The notes under the pieces are model-generated. The model was not told where the DNA came from and ran no database searches. It saw only the letters and a program-made list of their open reading frames with translations. From an uncultured Puniceicoccaceae bacterium (GTDB taxonomy: Bacteria; Verrucomicrobiota; Verrucomicrobiia; Opitutales; Oceanipulchritudinaceae), in assembly GCA_963933835.1 (NCBI GenBank), contig CAWVVV010000003.1, positions 96,001 to 160,000 on the forward strand: 64,000 nucleotides of DNA, written 5' to 3'. This document shows, one piece after another, positions 41,672-51,378 of this stretch; the first letter of the stretch is position 1, and the number at the start of each line of letters is the position of its first letter. The position numbers were made by a program, and so were the translations under genes.

Positions 41672-44338
41672 ATGACCTCTGCCGAAGTCCGCCAGTCCTT
41701 CCTCGATTTCTTCGCTTCTAAGCAGCACACCATTGTGTCCTCGGCTTCCCTTATGCCGACGGCTCCAAACCTGCTTTTCACGAATGCGGGGATGAATCAG
41801 TTCGTTCCCTACTTCCTAGGTGACCGCGATGCGCCCTACCCGCGCGCTGCCGACACCCAGAAGTGTATCCGTGCGGGCGGTAAGCACAACGACCTCGAGG
41901 ACGTCGGGTTCGACGCCTACCACCAGACAATGTTCGAGATGCTCGGCAACTGGTCCTTCGGCGACTACTTCAAAAAGGAAGCCCTCGAATGGTCTTGGGA
42001 GCTCCTCACTGAAGTCTGGAAAATGCCCGCCGAGCGTCTCTATGCCACCGTCTACATGCCAGGCGATGGCGAACCTGCAGACTTCGATGACGAAGCCCAC
42101 GGCATCTGGAAAGACATCTTCGAAAAAGCCGGCCTCGACCCAGCCAAACACATCATCAACGGCAACAAGAAGGACAACTTCTGGATGATGAGTGATACCG
42201 GCCCCTGTGGTCCCTGCTCCGAAGTCCACATCGACCTCACGCCCGAAAACAAAGGTGACCTCGTCAACGCCGACAGCCCGTGGTGTATTGAACTTTGGAA
42301 CAATGTTTTCATTCAATTCAACGCTCAGGAAGACGGCAGCTTCGGTCCACTGAAGAACAAGCATGTCGACACCGGGATGGGCTTCGAGCGCATCGCCGGA
42401 GCTTTTGCCACTACGAATGGCTTTACCGACTTCAGCCGCCCGCCGAGCAACTACGACGCCGACGGCTTTGCTCCCTTCTTCACGAAGCTCTCTTCAATGT
42501 GCGACCACACCTACGGTCGCACCCTTCCCGTCGATCCAGCCAAACCAACCGAAGTCGAACTCAAAGACATCGCCTTCCGAGTTCTCGCCGATCACGCCCG
42601 CTGCCTCTCCTGCGCCATCGCCGACGGCATCCTTCCTGGAAACGAGGGGCGCAACTACGTCCTCCGTCGCATCCTACGACGAGCCGTCCTCTGGGGCCGC
42701 CGCCTTGACCTCAAGCCCGGCTTCTTTGTCCAGCTCGTCGACCCCGTTCTCGAAACTTTAGGCCCCGTCTTCCCCGAGCTCGAAAGCAACCAAGCCCTCG
42801 TGCGCAAAGTTATCGCGAGCGAAGAGGCCTCTTTCGAACGCACCCTTGATCGAGGGCTGGCCGAGTTTGAAAAAGTATCCAATGCCGACCTCTCCGGCGA
42901 AACTGCCTTCACCCTCTACGATACCTACGGCTTCCCACTCGATCTCACTGAGCTGCTCGCACGAGAACGCGGCCTCAAGGTAGACACTGCTGGATTCGAA
43001 GCTGCAATGGAAGCACAGCGCACACGTGCACGCGCCTCACAGAAAAAAGAAGCCGTTCGCGTCAGCGAAGGTGACGACTCCGCCAGCGCGACCGAGTTTG
43101 TTGGTTTTGAGGACAATCGCTGGGAATCCTTTGAAACAACGCTTCTCGAAGTCATTGAAAACGAGGACGAGGTTTACGCCATCCTCGCCGCCTCCCCTTT
43201 CTATGCTGAAATGGGCGGACAAGTCGGTGACTGCGGCCGTATCCGTTTCTCCGATACAGAAGTCTTTATCTCCGACACGTCAAAAGACAGCGCCGGACGC
43301 TTCCTTCATCTCTTAGAACTACCCGAGGGCTTCGACTCCGCCGAGCTCAAGGCCGACAGTCCTGTCGTCGTTTCGATCGACGTCATGCGGCGTCGCCAGA
43401 TTCAGCGCCACCACACCGTCACTCACGTGCTCCATTGGGCACTGCGTAAGGTTCTTGGCACCCACGTCCGCCAAGCGGGTTCTTATGTTGGGCCTGACCG
43501 TCTCCGTTTCGACTTCGCACATTTTGAAGCCGTCACTGCCGAGCGGATCGAAGAAATCGAAAGCCTCTGTAACGACAAGATCCTCCTCAACGATGGTGTT
43601 AAGTGGTTCGAAGTCCCCTTCGATAAAAAGGACGAAGACGTCATCGCCTTCTTCGGCGAGAAATACGGCAACGTCGTCCGCGTCGTCGACATTGGTGGCT
43701 GGAGCAAAGAGCTCTGCGGCGGCACGCACGTTAAAGCCGCTGGTGAAATCGGGCTTTTCAAAATCGTTTCTGAGTCCGCCATCGCCGCCGGCACTCGCCG
43801 GATCGAAGCCGTTGCCGGTGAAGCTGCAGTTGGCCTCGTCGCTGATCGCTTCACCGCTCTCGATACGCTTGCGAAAGAACTCGGAACCAAGCCCGAACTC
43901 GTCACTGAGCGTTTCGCCACCATGCAAGCCCGTCTCACCGAAGCCGAGACCGCTCTCAAGCAAGCCAAAGCCCAACTCGCGCAAGCAGCGGCCAGCGACA
44001 TCGGCAGCGAAGTCAAAACCGTCGGCGAAATCGAAGTCGTCGCTAAGGTCCTTGAAGCGGACAACCCGAACGACCTTCGCGCTCAAGCCGTTGCTATCCA
44101 CAAGGAACTCAAGAACGGCCTCGCTGTCTTTGGTGGCACCTTTGGAACTAAAGTCACCGTCATGGCCCTCGCGTCTGATGAAGCGATCAAGGCTGGCCAC
44201 AAAGCCGGCGACATCATCCACAGCCTCACCGCTGAACTCGGCGGCAAGGGCGGAGGCAAACCCGACTTCGCGATGGGCGGCGGCACCGAACCAGATAAGC
44301 TTGCGACCGCCCTCGCCACATGGAAGGACTCCCTTTAA
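41672..44338 (+). CDS. alaS: Alanyl-tRNA synthetase
   Basis: FTNAGMNQF, FEMLGNWSFGDYFK, LYDTYGFP, HTVTH, ELCGGTH, GGKGGG. Confidence 0.98.
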   Translation: MTSAEVRQSFLDFFASKQHTIVSSASLMPTAPNLLFTNAGMNQFVPYFLGDRDAPYPRAADTQKCIRAGGKHNDLEDVGFDAYHQTMFEMLGNWSFGDYFKKEALEWSWELLTEVWKMPAERLYATVYMPGDGEPADFDDEAHGIWKDIFEKAGLDPAKHIINGNKKDNFWMMSDTGPCGPCSEVHIDLTPENKGDLVNADSPWCIELWNNVFIQFNAQEDGSFGPLKNKHVDTGMGFERIAGAFATTNGFTDFSRPPSNYDADGFAPFFTKLSSMCDHTYGRTLPVDPAKPTEVELKDIAFRVLADHARCLSCAIADGILPGNEGRNYVLRRILRRAVLWGRRLDLKPGFFVQLVDPVLETLGPVFPELESNQALVRKVIASEEASFERTLDRGLAEFEKVSNADLSGETAFTLYDTYGFPLDLTELLARERGLKVDTAGFEAAMEAQRTRARASQKKEAVRVSEGDDSASATEFVGFEDNRWESFETTLLEVIENEDEVYAILAASPFYAEMGGQVGDCGRIRFSDTEVFISDTSKDSAGRFLHLLELPEGFDSAELKADSPVVVSIDVMRRRQIQRHHTVTHVLHWALRKVLGTHVRQAGSYVGPDRLRFDFAHFEAVTAERIEEIESLCNDKILLNDGVKWFEVPFDKKDEDVIAFFGEKYGNVVRVVDIGGWSKELCGGTHVKAAGEIGLFKIVSESAIAAGTRRIEAVAGEAAVGLVADRFTALDTLAKELGTKPELVTERFATMQARLTEAETALKQAKAQLAQAAASDIGSEVKTVGEIEVVAKVLEADNPNDLRAQAVAIHKELKNGLAVFGGTFGTKVTVMALASDEAIKAGHKAGDIIHSLTAELGGKGGGKPDFAMGGGTEPDKLATALATWKDSL

Positions 44339-44625
44339 TGTCACTCACCGTCAAAGAAACCGTCCGCCTTCGCGGCGAAGCCATGCGCCTTAAACCGATC
44401 CTTAAAATCGGCAAAAACGGCCTCAGCGAAACCGTTGTCCTCGAGCTGACCAAGCTTCTCAAACAACATAAGCTGATCAAGGTGCGCATAGAGCAGAACG
44501 ACCGCAAAGAACGCCAAGCTTTCGCACAAACCGTCGCCAAAGAGCTCGGAGCCGAGTTCATCGGGTTAACGGGCAAGGCGCTAGTGCTCTATTCCGAAAC
44601 GCCCACCGAAACGCCCACCGAATAG
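44338..44625 (+). CDS. yhbY: YhbY/CRM-domain RNA-binding protein
   Basis: LKPILKIGKNGL..HKLIKVRI..G..LVLY; TAATG overlap with alaS stop. Confidence 0.85.
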   Translation: MSLTVKETVRLRGEAMRLKPILKIGKNGLSETVVLELTKLLKQHKLIKVRIEQNDRKERQAFAQTVAKELGAEFIGLTGKALVLYSETPTETPTE

Positions 44626-44950
44626 TCTCACCAAGGGAGCACGGGCAAAAACGCCTGGCCTCCTTTCTAATAAAATTCGATCGCCAGGAGTGACACCGAG
44701 GCTAGCTCACCGTCACTTCGAGCCCACTCGCTGCAAATTGGAAATCAACAAAACGCCCCCCCCCTGCTCTACCCCTAATAAAAATTCAAGGGCGATACTG
44801 GATCTGAGCTCGCTCTCCTTAGCTCTCAATTTTCAGGGTCGCTTTATGTTTCCGGTATAGGGCTCTAAACTGATGATAAGTCAGTCCAAGGAGATTTGCG
44901 GCCTCCGTCTGACGGAACTGCGCTTTCGCCAATGCCCCTTGAAGAGATCT

Positions 44951-45043
44951 GACTTCGAGGCCCTAGAACGCGATGAAGGGATTGAAAAGGAACTAGCCTC
45001 CTTAAAGCAAAAGGTTCAAAAACCAGATGAGATTATTTCTTAA
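44951..45043 (+). pseudogene. 3' remnant of pspA
   Basis: DFEALERDEGIEKELASLKQKV resembles the PspA C-terminal helix; lies just before pspB/pspC; 5' part absent. Confidence 0.5.
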
Positions 45044-45101
45044 GAAATCTGTAACCTAAGCATCTCACTCAGTGTATACTAATTAACTAGAAATCACACT
45101 T

Positions 45102-45350
45102 ATGCCCGGAGAACTCATACCCGTCCTCATTGTATTTATCGTCGTAGGCATCCCAATTATATGCGGCACCCTACTTAAGTTGGCCAAACTCCTCATAGGA
45201 GATGACGGGAGCGGAAGAGGACTTCGCGCCAGAAACAAGAGCAAGGCCGACCTCGATGAAGAGACACGCTTGATTCAAGAAATGCATCAAAGCCTCTCAC
45301 GCCTCGGATCCCTCGAAACGATCGTCCTACAAAACGAACGCAAACGCTAA
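45102..45350 (+). CDS. PspB-like phage shock protein
   Basis: N-terminal TM, then EETRLIQEMHQSLSRL..LETIVL; upstream of pspC. Confidence 0.65.
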   Translation: MPGELIPVLIVFIVVGIPIICGTLLKLAKLLIGDDGSGRGLRARNKSKADLDEETRLIQEMHQSLSRLGSLETIVLQNERKR

Positions 45351-45370
45351 CTCACTAAACTTTACGCATC

Positions 45371-45752
45371 ATGCAAAATCACCGATCAACGAATACTTTC
45401 AGAACACTATACCGCTCTCGCAATGGGATGATTTTCGGAGTCTGCAAAGGCATCGCAAACTATACAAACTTCAGCACCTTCTGGATTCGCGTGGCAGCGC
45501 TCATAGCTCTCTTTATGACCGGCTGGATTAGTCTTAATCTACATCGTGGCAGCGATCTTCATCAAACCGGAGCCGATCATCGAGCCGGAGAACACCGAAG
45601 ATTGGGAGTTTTATCAGACCTACACCTCGAACCGCGGCATCGCCCTACGACGCCTAAAGGAGAAGTTCGAAGCCCTTGAACGCCGGACACGCCAAGTTGA
45701 AAGCGTCGTCACCTCCCCCAAGTATTCCTGGGAGCGTAGGTTTGATTCTTAA
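45371..45752 (+). pseudogene. pspC: pspC, frameshifted near 45535
   Basis: LYRSRNGMIFGVCKGIANY..WIR in one frame; IYIVAAIFIKPEP..LERR...VESVVTS in another. Confidence 0.78.
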
Positions 45753-45793
45753 GGGACAACTTTAGTTAGGAGGAGAGAGACACCAAGAGCATA

Positions 45794-45827
45794 CCGGCTT
45801 CCGCTTCGCGTGGGAGTCGGCTTTTTT
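45794..45827 (+). terminator. Rho-independent terminator after psp genes
   Basis: CCGGCTTCC...GGGAGTCGG stem plus T6. Confidence 0.7.
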
Positions 45828-45905
45828 ATGTTTTAATAGCACTGCTGCGGGCGGTGCTGAAATGCAGCTTGTCCGGTCGCATGCCTTCTGGTGGGATACA
45901 GATCG

Positions 45906-47009
45906 ATGCAGCCAGAAAAACACCCGTTTTTTAAGAAGGTCGAAAAGGATCAGCTCAAAGTTCTGATCGAATCGAGCACGATTCGAACCTTTCAGCACGA
46001 GGCAGTGATCTGCGAAGAAGGCAGTCCGTCGGACGCAATTTTTCTAATCTTGGCGGGCAAAGTCGCCTTCCGAAAACGGCTCCCGACCAAACACCTTCTC
46101 ACTGTCAGTCTAGGCGAAGCGGGAGGATTCTTTGGAGAAATTGGAGTGCTGACGCATGATGCCCGCGCCCTGCGAGTGGAGTCTCACGGCACTGCAGAAA
46201 TCGTCCGTATCCCTCGAGGGGCATTGCTCAAATTCATCGAGGATATGCCGGGGCCAGCTGAATCACTGCTACAAAGCGTGATTCGCCACCTTCACCAGAC
46301 GACGCGACACTATGTCGATGACATGGTGCACCAAGAGAAAATGGCCGTCGTTGGTTCGATGATGAACACGATCATCCACGACTTCAAAAACCCGTTCTGC
46401 GTCATCAGCATGAGTGCCCAGCTCCTCCGGCAGAAACATGATGACGACCAGACCGTGCGCCTCTGCGCAAATGTCGAACAGCAGGTCGACCGCATGCTCG
46501 CGATGGCGGCTGACCTCGCAGACTATTCGAAGGGCGAGTATCAACTAGACCCAATCACGATCGATCTGCCCGGACTCTTCGACGAATTTCGCAGTCTTAA
46601 CTATCCTTTCTTCGATATGGATAACATCGAGATCGACCTGAAGATTCCTCAGGTGTCTGTCCTCGGCGAGCGCTCTAAGCTCATTCGTGTTTTTCAAAAT
46701 CTGATTGGCAACGCTGTCGAAGCACTCGAGGAAGCAGAAAAGGGCCGGATCGAAATCTCGGTCGAGAGTAACCAACTGAAGGAGCAAGTTCAGATCAGAG
46801 TCCGAGACAATGCTGACGGCATCCCTGAATCGATCAGAGAACGCTTCTTTGAACCCTTTGTGACTCATGGAAAGTCCGGTGGCACCGGATTGGGCTCGGC
46901 AATTGCGAAATCGATCATCTCGGCACATGGAGGCACGATCTCATTTGAAAGCGTGATGGGCGAAGGTACGCTCTTTCTCATTACCTTGCCGATGGCTCCA
47001 AACGCCTAG
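45906..47009 (+). CDS. Cyclic-nucleotide-binding-domain histidine kinase (soluble)
   Basis: EEGSPSD.IFLILAG..FFGEIG..R; HDFKNP; NLIGNA, FFEPFVT, GTGLG. Confidence 0.88.
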   Translation: MQPEKHPFFKKVEKDQLKVLIESSTIRTFQHEAVICEEGSPSDAIFLILAGKVAFRKRLPTKHLLTVSLGEAGGFFGEIGVLTHDARALRVESHGTAEIVRIPRGALLKFIEDMPGPAESLLQSVIRHLHQTTRHYVDDMVHQEKMAVVGSMMNTIIHDFKNPFCVISMSAQLLRQKHDDDQTVRLCANVEQQVDRMLAMAADLADYSKGEYQLDPITIDLPGLFDEFRSLNYPFFDMDNIEIDLKIPQVSVLGERSKLIRVFQNLIGNAVEALEEAEKGRIEISVESNQLKEQVQIRVRDNADGIPESIRERFFEPFVTHGKSGGTGLGSAIAKSIISAHGGTISFESVMGEGTLFLITLPMAPNA

Positions 47010-47039
47010 GTCTGATTTCTCATTTTCTCGACAAAACTG

Positions 47040-47552
47040 ATGCCTAAGGTCCAAAGATTTTGGTTAATGAAGTCGGAACCCGACGCCTTTTCACTCGACG
47101 ACCTGAAGGCGATTTCGCCGAAATCTGAGCTGTGGGACGGCGTTCGTAATTATCAAGCACGCAACTTTATGCGCGACGAAATGAGCGTCGGCGACGGAGT
47201 CCTTTACTACCATTCGAACTGCACTCCTCCCGGTGTCGTAGGGCTTGCCTACATCGCTAGTAGCGAGGCGGAGCCTGACCAAACCCAGTTCGACAAAAAG
47301 TCTAAATACCACGACCCGAAGTCGAAGCCGGAAGATCCGCGCTGGGTGGCCGCACGGGTCGGCTATGTGGCGCACTTTCCTCAGCAGATCGATCTCCCGA
47401 GACTGAAGGCCACGGAAAGCCTGAGCGAGATGAAGGTCGTACAGCGCGGGATGCGCTTATCGATCCAGCCGGTGGATAAAAATCACTTCCTCGAAGTGTG
47501 TAAGTTGGGCGGGATCAAGACGCCACTGAAGCTAGTAAAAGCGGCCGTTTAA
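47040..47552 (+). CDS. EVE domain protein
   Basis: WLMKSEP, WDGVRNYQARN, YYHSN, RLSIQPV. Confidence 0.92.
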   Translation: MPKVQRFWLMKSEPDAFSLDDLKAISPKSELWDGVRNYQARNFMRDEMSVGDGVLYYHSNCTPPGVVGLAYIASSEAEPDQTQFDKKSKYHDPKSKPEDPRWVAARVGYVAHFPQQIDLPRLKATESLSEMKVVQRGMRLSIQPVDKNHFLEVCKLGGIKTPLKLVKAAV

Positions 47553-48778
47553 GCCTGGCCCCAAAGGTGCGCAAATCGGCGCGCGACTTCAACATGCAGT
47601 GCAATGCCGTCGCTCAAGATGTCATCATTGAAATCGTACGCGGGATGATGACAAAACGGAACTTCGGCCTGATCCACGGGGCGCGAGGCAAGAAACCAAA
47701 ATGTACCCGGGACTTGCTTTTGATAGAATGCGAAATCCTCACCGCCCATCATCGGAGGCACTTCGACGTAATCACCGGAGCGTCCGACCTCACTGAGCAC
47801 AGTGCGAAAGAGTGCATCCGTCTTGGGGTGATTGCGCACGACAGGATAGCCACCCTGAATACGCACTTCCGCTTCGGCCCCAAACGTCGCGGCAAGACGA
47901 GAAGCCTCCCCTTCGAGCAAGGCACAGACACTTGCCATGACTGAATCATCCAAGGTTCGAATAGTGCCGGTGATATGGGCTGTCTCTGGAATAACATTGT
48001 AGGCCGTTCCAGCATGAAACTGCGTAAAACTCACTACGGCCGAGGCGATGGGGTCAACCTGCCTTGAGACAATTGTTTGCAGGGACGCAACGATCTGACT
48101 GCCAATGACAATCGGATCAATCGTCACATGTGGCATCGCGGCATGACCACCCTTGCCTCTCACGGTGATATCAAAACTGGTCGTAGCCGCCATCGCTGCT
48201 CCAGGACAGAGACAAATCTGACCAACCTGGGTGGAAGCCATCGGCATATTGTGAAGGCCGAATACGGCATCAACTAAAGGGGCCTCTAACGCTCCCTCAT
48301 CAACCATTCGCTTGCCACCCGCGCCGCCTTCTTCTGCAGGCTGAAAGATCAAGCGAATCGGGGCCTCCAGCGATGCGCGGATTCCAGAAAGCACATTTGC
48401 TACACCTAGGAGCATCGCGGTATGCCCATCGTGCCCACAGGCGTGCATCACGCCGGGGTTTTCAGAGGCGTACGCGACGCCGCTAATTTCATGAATGGGC
48501 AAGGCATCAATATCTGCACGCAGTGCAACTACAGGGCCTGGCTTCTCGCCCCCAAGCGTCGCGATCACACCTGTTTCGGCCAAACCCGTTTTCACCTCCC
48601 ATCCAGCAAGGGATGAGAGCTCAGCGGAGATTTTTTCGGCGGTACGAAACTCCTTGTATCCCAATTCTGGATACCGGTGTAGATCTCGTCGAAAAGCTCG
48701 CACCTCCGGCTCAATCTTCGCCACCATTGCCTTGATTTCATCACTGGACGGAACAGCGAATTTTGAATGCGAATTCAC
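47549..48778 (-). CDS. M20D family amidohydrolase
   Basis: HRYPELG, RADIDALP, MHACGHDGH, QPAEEG, GGEDF. Confidence 0.92.
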   Translation of the reverse strand: MNSHSKFAVPSSDEIKAMVAKIEPEVRAFRRDLHRYPELGYKEFRTAEKISAELSSLAGWEVKTGLAETGVIATLGGEKPGPVVALRADIDALPIHEISGVAYASENPGVMHACGHDGHTAMLLGVANVLSGIRASLEAPIRLIFQPAEEGGAGGKRMVDEGALEAPLVDAVFGLHNMPMASTQVGQICLCPGAAMAATTSFDITVRGKGGHAAMPHVTIDPIVIGSQIVASLQTIVSRQVDPIASAVVSFTQFHAGTAYNVIPETAHITGTIRTLDDSVMASVCALLEGEASRLAATFGAEAEVRIQGGYPVVRNHPKTDALFRTVLSEVGRSGDYVEVPPMMGGEDFAFYQKQVPGTFWFLASRPVDQAEVPFCHHPAYDFNDDILSDGIALHVEVARRFAHLWGQA

Positions 48779-48892
48779 AAGTACGACTCTGCGCGGGGCC
48801 TATTCTAGGAGCAAATCGAAAAGTCTTACTAGAGCCGAAGAAGGAAAGACCCTACCATTTGTGATTTTTTTCTTCAAATCTTAGTCCCTTAT

Positions 48893-48919
48893 ATAAGAGC
48901 ACAAGACCACGACCGATAA
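48893..48919 (+). promoter_or_regulatory. Putative sigma-28 promoter of the orphan parA operon
   Basis: ATAAG-N14-ACCGATAA about 45 nt upstream of the ATG. Confidence 0.4.
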
Positions 48920-48964
48920 AGAGGATAGCCGCTGAGAGTTCTTCTCGGCAGTAGAATTCTCAAA

Positions 48965-49873
48965 ATGGCAAGAAAGCTCAGTTTCGTAAATTACAAGGGA
49001 GGTGTCGGGAAAACATCCTGCATCGTGAACGTGGCGGCATGCCTGGCTGAGGCCGGCAATCGCGTTCTCCTCATCGACCTAGACACGCAAAGCAACTCCA
49101 GTATCTGGCTCATGAAGCTGGAGCATTGGAACCAACTCAATGTCAACGGGCAGGGAGCGGTCTACTCAATCTTTGAAAACAATGGGGTGCGTCTGCGTGA
49201 TATCATCGTGAAGGATGTCGTCCGGGACCGCCAAGGCAAACAGATATTGCCAGGTCTGGATATAATCCCGACGACCTTTAACCTCGTCGACGTCGAGCAT
49301 GAATACCAGTCACCGGATGGGCGTCCCGCCTACGCAATCTTCCAAGAACAGCTAGCTGAGATAGAAGACAACTATGACTACATTCTCTTCGACTGTCCAC
49401 CGAACGTCATGCGGGCTTCGCAGTGTGGAATCTTCTGTAGTAATGAAGTTATTGTCCCAGCGAACCCGGATGCTTTGAGCCTGATCGGCTTTACGCTCCT
49501 CACAGGTAAGCTTCTTCAGTTCAATGAGCGTTCTGCGAGTTTCCGAAAGGGAGGCATGGGAAGACCCGCCGCCATTACTGGAATCCTCTTCAACGCGATC
49601 AAGGCAAACGTCGATATCGAAGTGCCTAAAATGCGCATGCAATTCCGTCTAAACCAGTTCCGGAAGAAGCATAAGGTCGATCCCAACGCCAAAATTTTCA
49701 GTAACTCAATTCGAGACGCCGTCGTCGTTCGCCGCGCCGTCACGCTCGGCTTACCCGTCTGTAGTCTCGGCCACACGGCTGGAACCGAAGGCATCCTCGA
49801 TGACTACCGAAACATCACTCGGCAAATCATCAAACACGACCCGGCAACCATTACGGCAGCCGCTGGAGTCTAA
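48965..49873 (+). CDS. ParA/MinD family ATPase (no adjacent parB)
   Basis: KGGVGKT, IDLDTQ, FDCPP. Confidence 0.9.
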   Translation: MARKLSFVNYKGGVGKTSCIVNVAACLAEAGNRVLLIDLDTQSNSSIWLMKLEHWNQLNVNGQGAVYSIFENNGVRLRDIIVKDVVRDRQGKQILPGLDIIPTTFNLVDVEHEYQSPDGRPAYAIFQEQLAEIEDNYDYILFDCPPNVMRASQCGIFCSNEVIVPANPDALSLIGFTLLTGKLLQFNERSASFRKGGMGRPAAITGILFNAIKANVDIEVPKMRMQFRLNQFRKKHKVDPNAKIFSNSIRDAVVVRRAVTLGLPVCSLGHTAGTEGILDDYRNITRQIIKHDPATITAAAGV

Positions 49874-49910
49874 TACCACCTGAACGCCGTCAATTTACTC
49901 AGCAAAAAAC

Positions 49911-50873
49911 ATGAGCACTAGCACAACATCCTCTCCCGTTTCGGCCGAATCCTGGAACTCTGTCCGTGAACGGTTTAAAGCGTCGATGATGGCTCAGACC
50001 GAAATCAGCAAACTTGCCCAAAACCTCGATCTTTCATGGCCACTACGCGGTCGCGAAGAGGTTCCACTCAAATACCTACCCCTCACACTCGACGAAGTTG
50101 TGCTCATGCCAGGAATTGCGAAGGCACCGGAGCGCATTCAACTTCTCGTCGAAATTCTCAGCGAGACGCTCGCCTTTGATGACCCCTTTAGTGACATGGC
50201 AGAGTACGTGGATTCGTCTTCGAAGAAAGATGACGGCACGCAAAAGGCCTTAAAGAAATTCGGTGTACCGATAGACTTTCCGATCCAACTCTGTGCATTG
50301 AGCAAAGAGACGCGCGAATTCATCCGTGCAGAGTCGATACACACACTGGGTGAGTTCATCGAGTTCTCTCAAAGCATGGCTCAATCAATTATTGTTGGTG
50401 GCGACTTCCGCGCGTTTCTGAATGCGCTAGCGCACCCAGAAGAGAACACGATCGTAAAGTTCCTTCCCTACCGCCCGGGCCACAAAGGTCTTCAACTTGC
50501 CGAAGCGATCGCTCAAACACTTTGCCTGCTCGATCCATCCGAGCGCCTCTTCCTCTTCGAGCGCTCGGGAGCGCCGATAGAAGCACGAGATCGACGCGAA
50601 ACACTTCTCCTTAGCAACGAACAACAATCTGCTGTAATCGCTAAGGTGCGCCACCATATGGAAGTTATCTTCAACTGGTTTGCTGGCAGTCGGGACGAAT
50701 TCGCAAACGCTCATGCCTAAGGGCCCTCCAATTTCGAGCGAAAATTAGTCCCCCTAGAAGACGTGCAAAAAGAGAAAGCTTCGATCTGGCTCGTGCGGGA
50801 GTCGCTCGAACTCGTAGATCTAGCCACCGCCACCAAGAAGAAGAGTTTCTTGAATCGCCTTTTCGGAGGCTAG
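49911..50873 (+). CDS. Hypothetical protein interrupted by in-frame TAA at 50718; read-through tail ends KKKSFLNRLFGG
   Basis: 269-aa ORF; same frame stays open 50 more codons to TAG 50873, 3 nt before the next ATG. Confidence 0.65.
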
Positions 50874-50876
50874 GCT

Positions 50877-51350
50877 ATGAAGGTCAGTCTAAGGAGACGT
50901 CAGATAACCAAGCCTCCACCTGCAGGAATTGAGCTTTCAGAAGCATCGACTGACCGACGGGATTTCAAGCTATCCAACGCGGGGCAAGCAAGCCAGCGAG
51001 TCGCTGAGATTGAAGCGTCGCTTAACGAGACCGATGTCGAAATCACTCTTGAGCAACGTGAGGCGCTCATAAAGCGGCACGAAGCTGAAATAGCGCTCCA
51101 AATCAAAGAGTTGCGTGCCGACCAAGTCGAAATCGAGGAAGCGCAGAAAGCCCTTGCGCCTGATCCGCAGAGTGAGAGTCAGGATTTCAGTGATGAAGAA
51201 CCCGCTTCGATCAGTAAAGAACGGGAAGCCTACATCGAAGCCAGCGAAGAAGCCCTGATCATAAAGGCACAGCAACTGGAAGAACTCGAAACCCACTTGA
51301 AGCAGTGGCAAGAAGAGCTTGAAGCAAGTTCAGAAACAGCATCCGCCTAG
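50877..51350 (+). CDS. Acidic coiled-coil hypothetical protein
   Basis: E/Q/A/L-rich heptads; operonic spacing. Confidence 0.65.
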   Translation: MKVSLRRRQITKPPPAGIELSEASTDRRDFKLSNAGQASQRVAEIEASLNETDVEITLEQREALIKRHEAEIALQIKELRADQVEIEEAQKALAPDPQSESQDFSDEEPASISKEREAYIEASEEALIIKAQQLEELETHLKQWQEELEASSETASA

Positions 51351-51378
51351 GAGCAAGTGTTGATACTTATTCAACCAC

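Noticed and set aside
43319..44393. Long alternative ORFs (341 aa minus, 312 aa plus) over alaS
   Set aside because: Shadow frames from biased codon usage in a highly expressed gene; no motifs
44594..44617. 12-bp duplication CCGAAACGCCCA at the yhbY end (ETPTETPTE)
   Set aside because: Real but in a disordered tail; likely neutral slippage
44645..44800. Two AAAACGCC...CTAATAAAA(A)TTC-like segments
   Set aside because: Too short and degenerate to support a regulatory or mobile-element call
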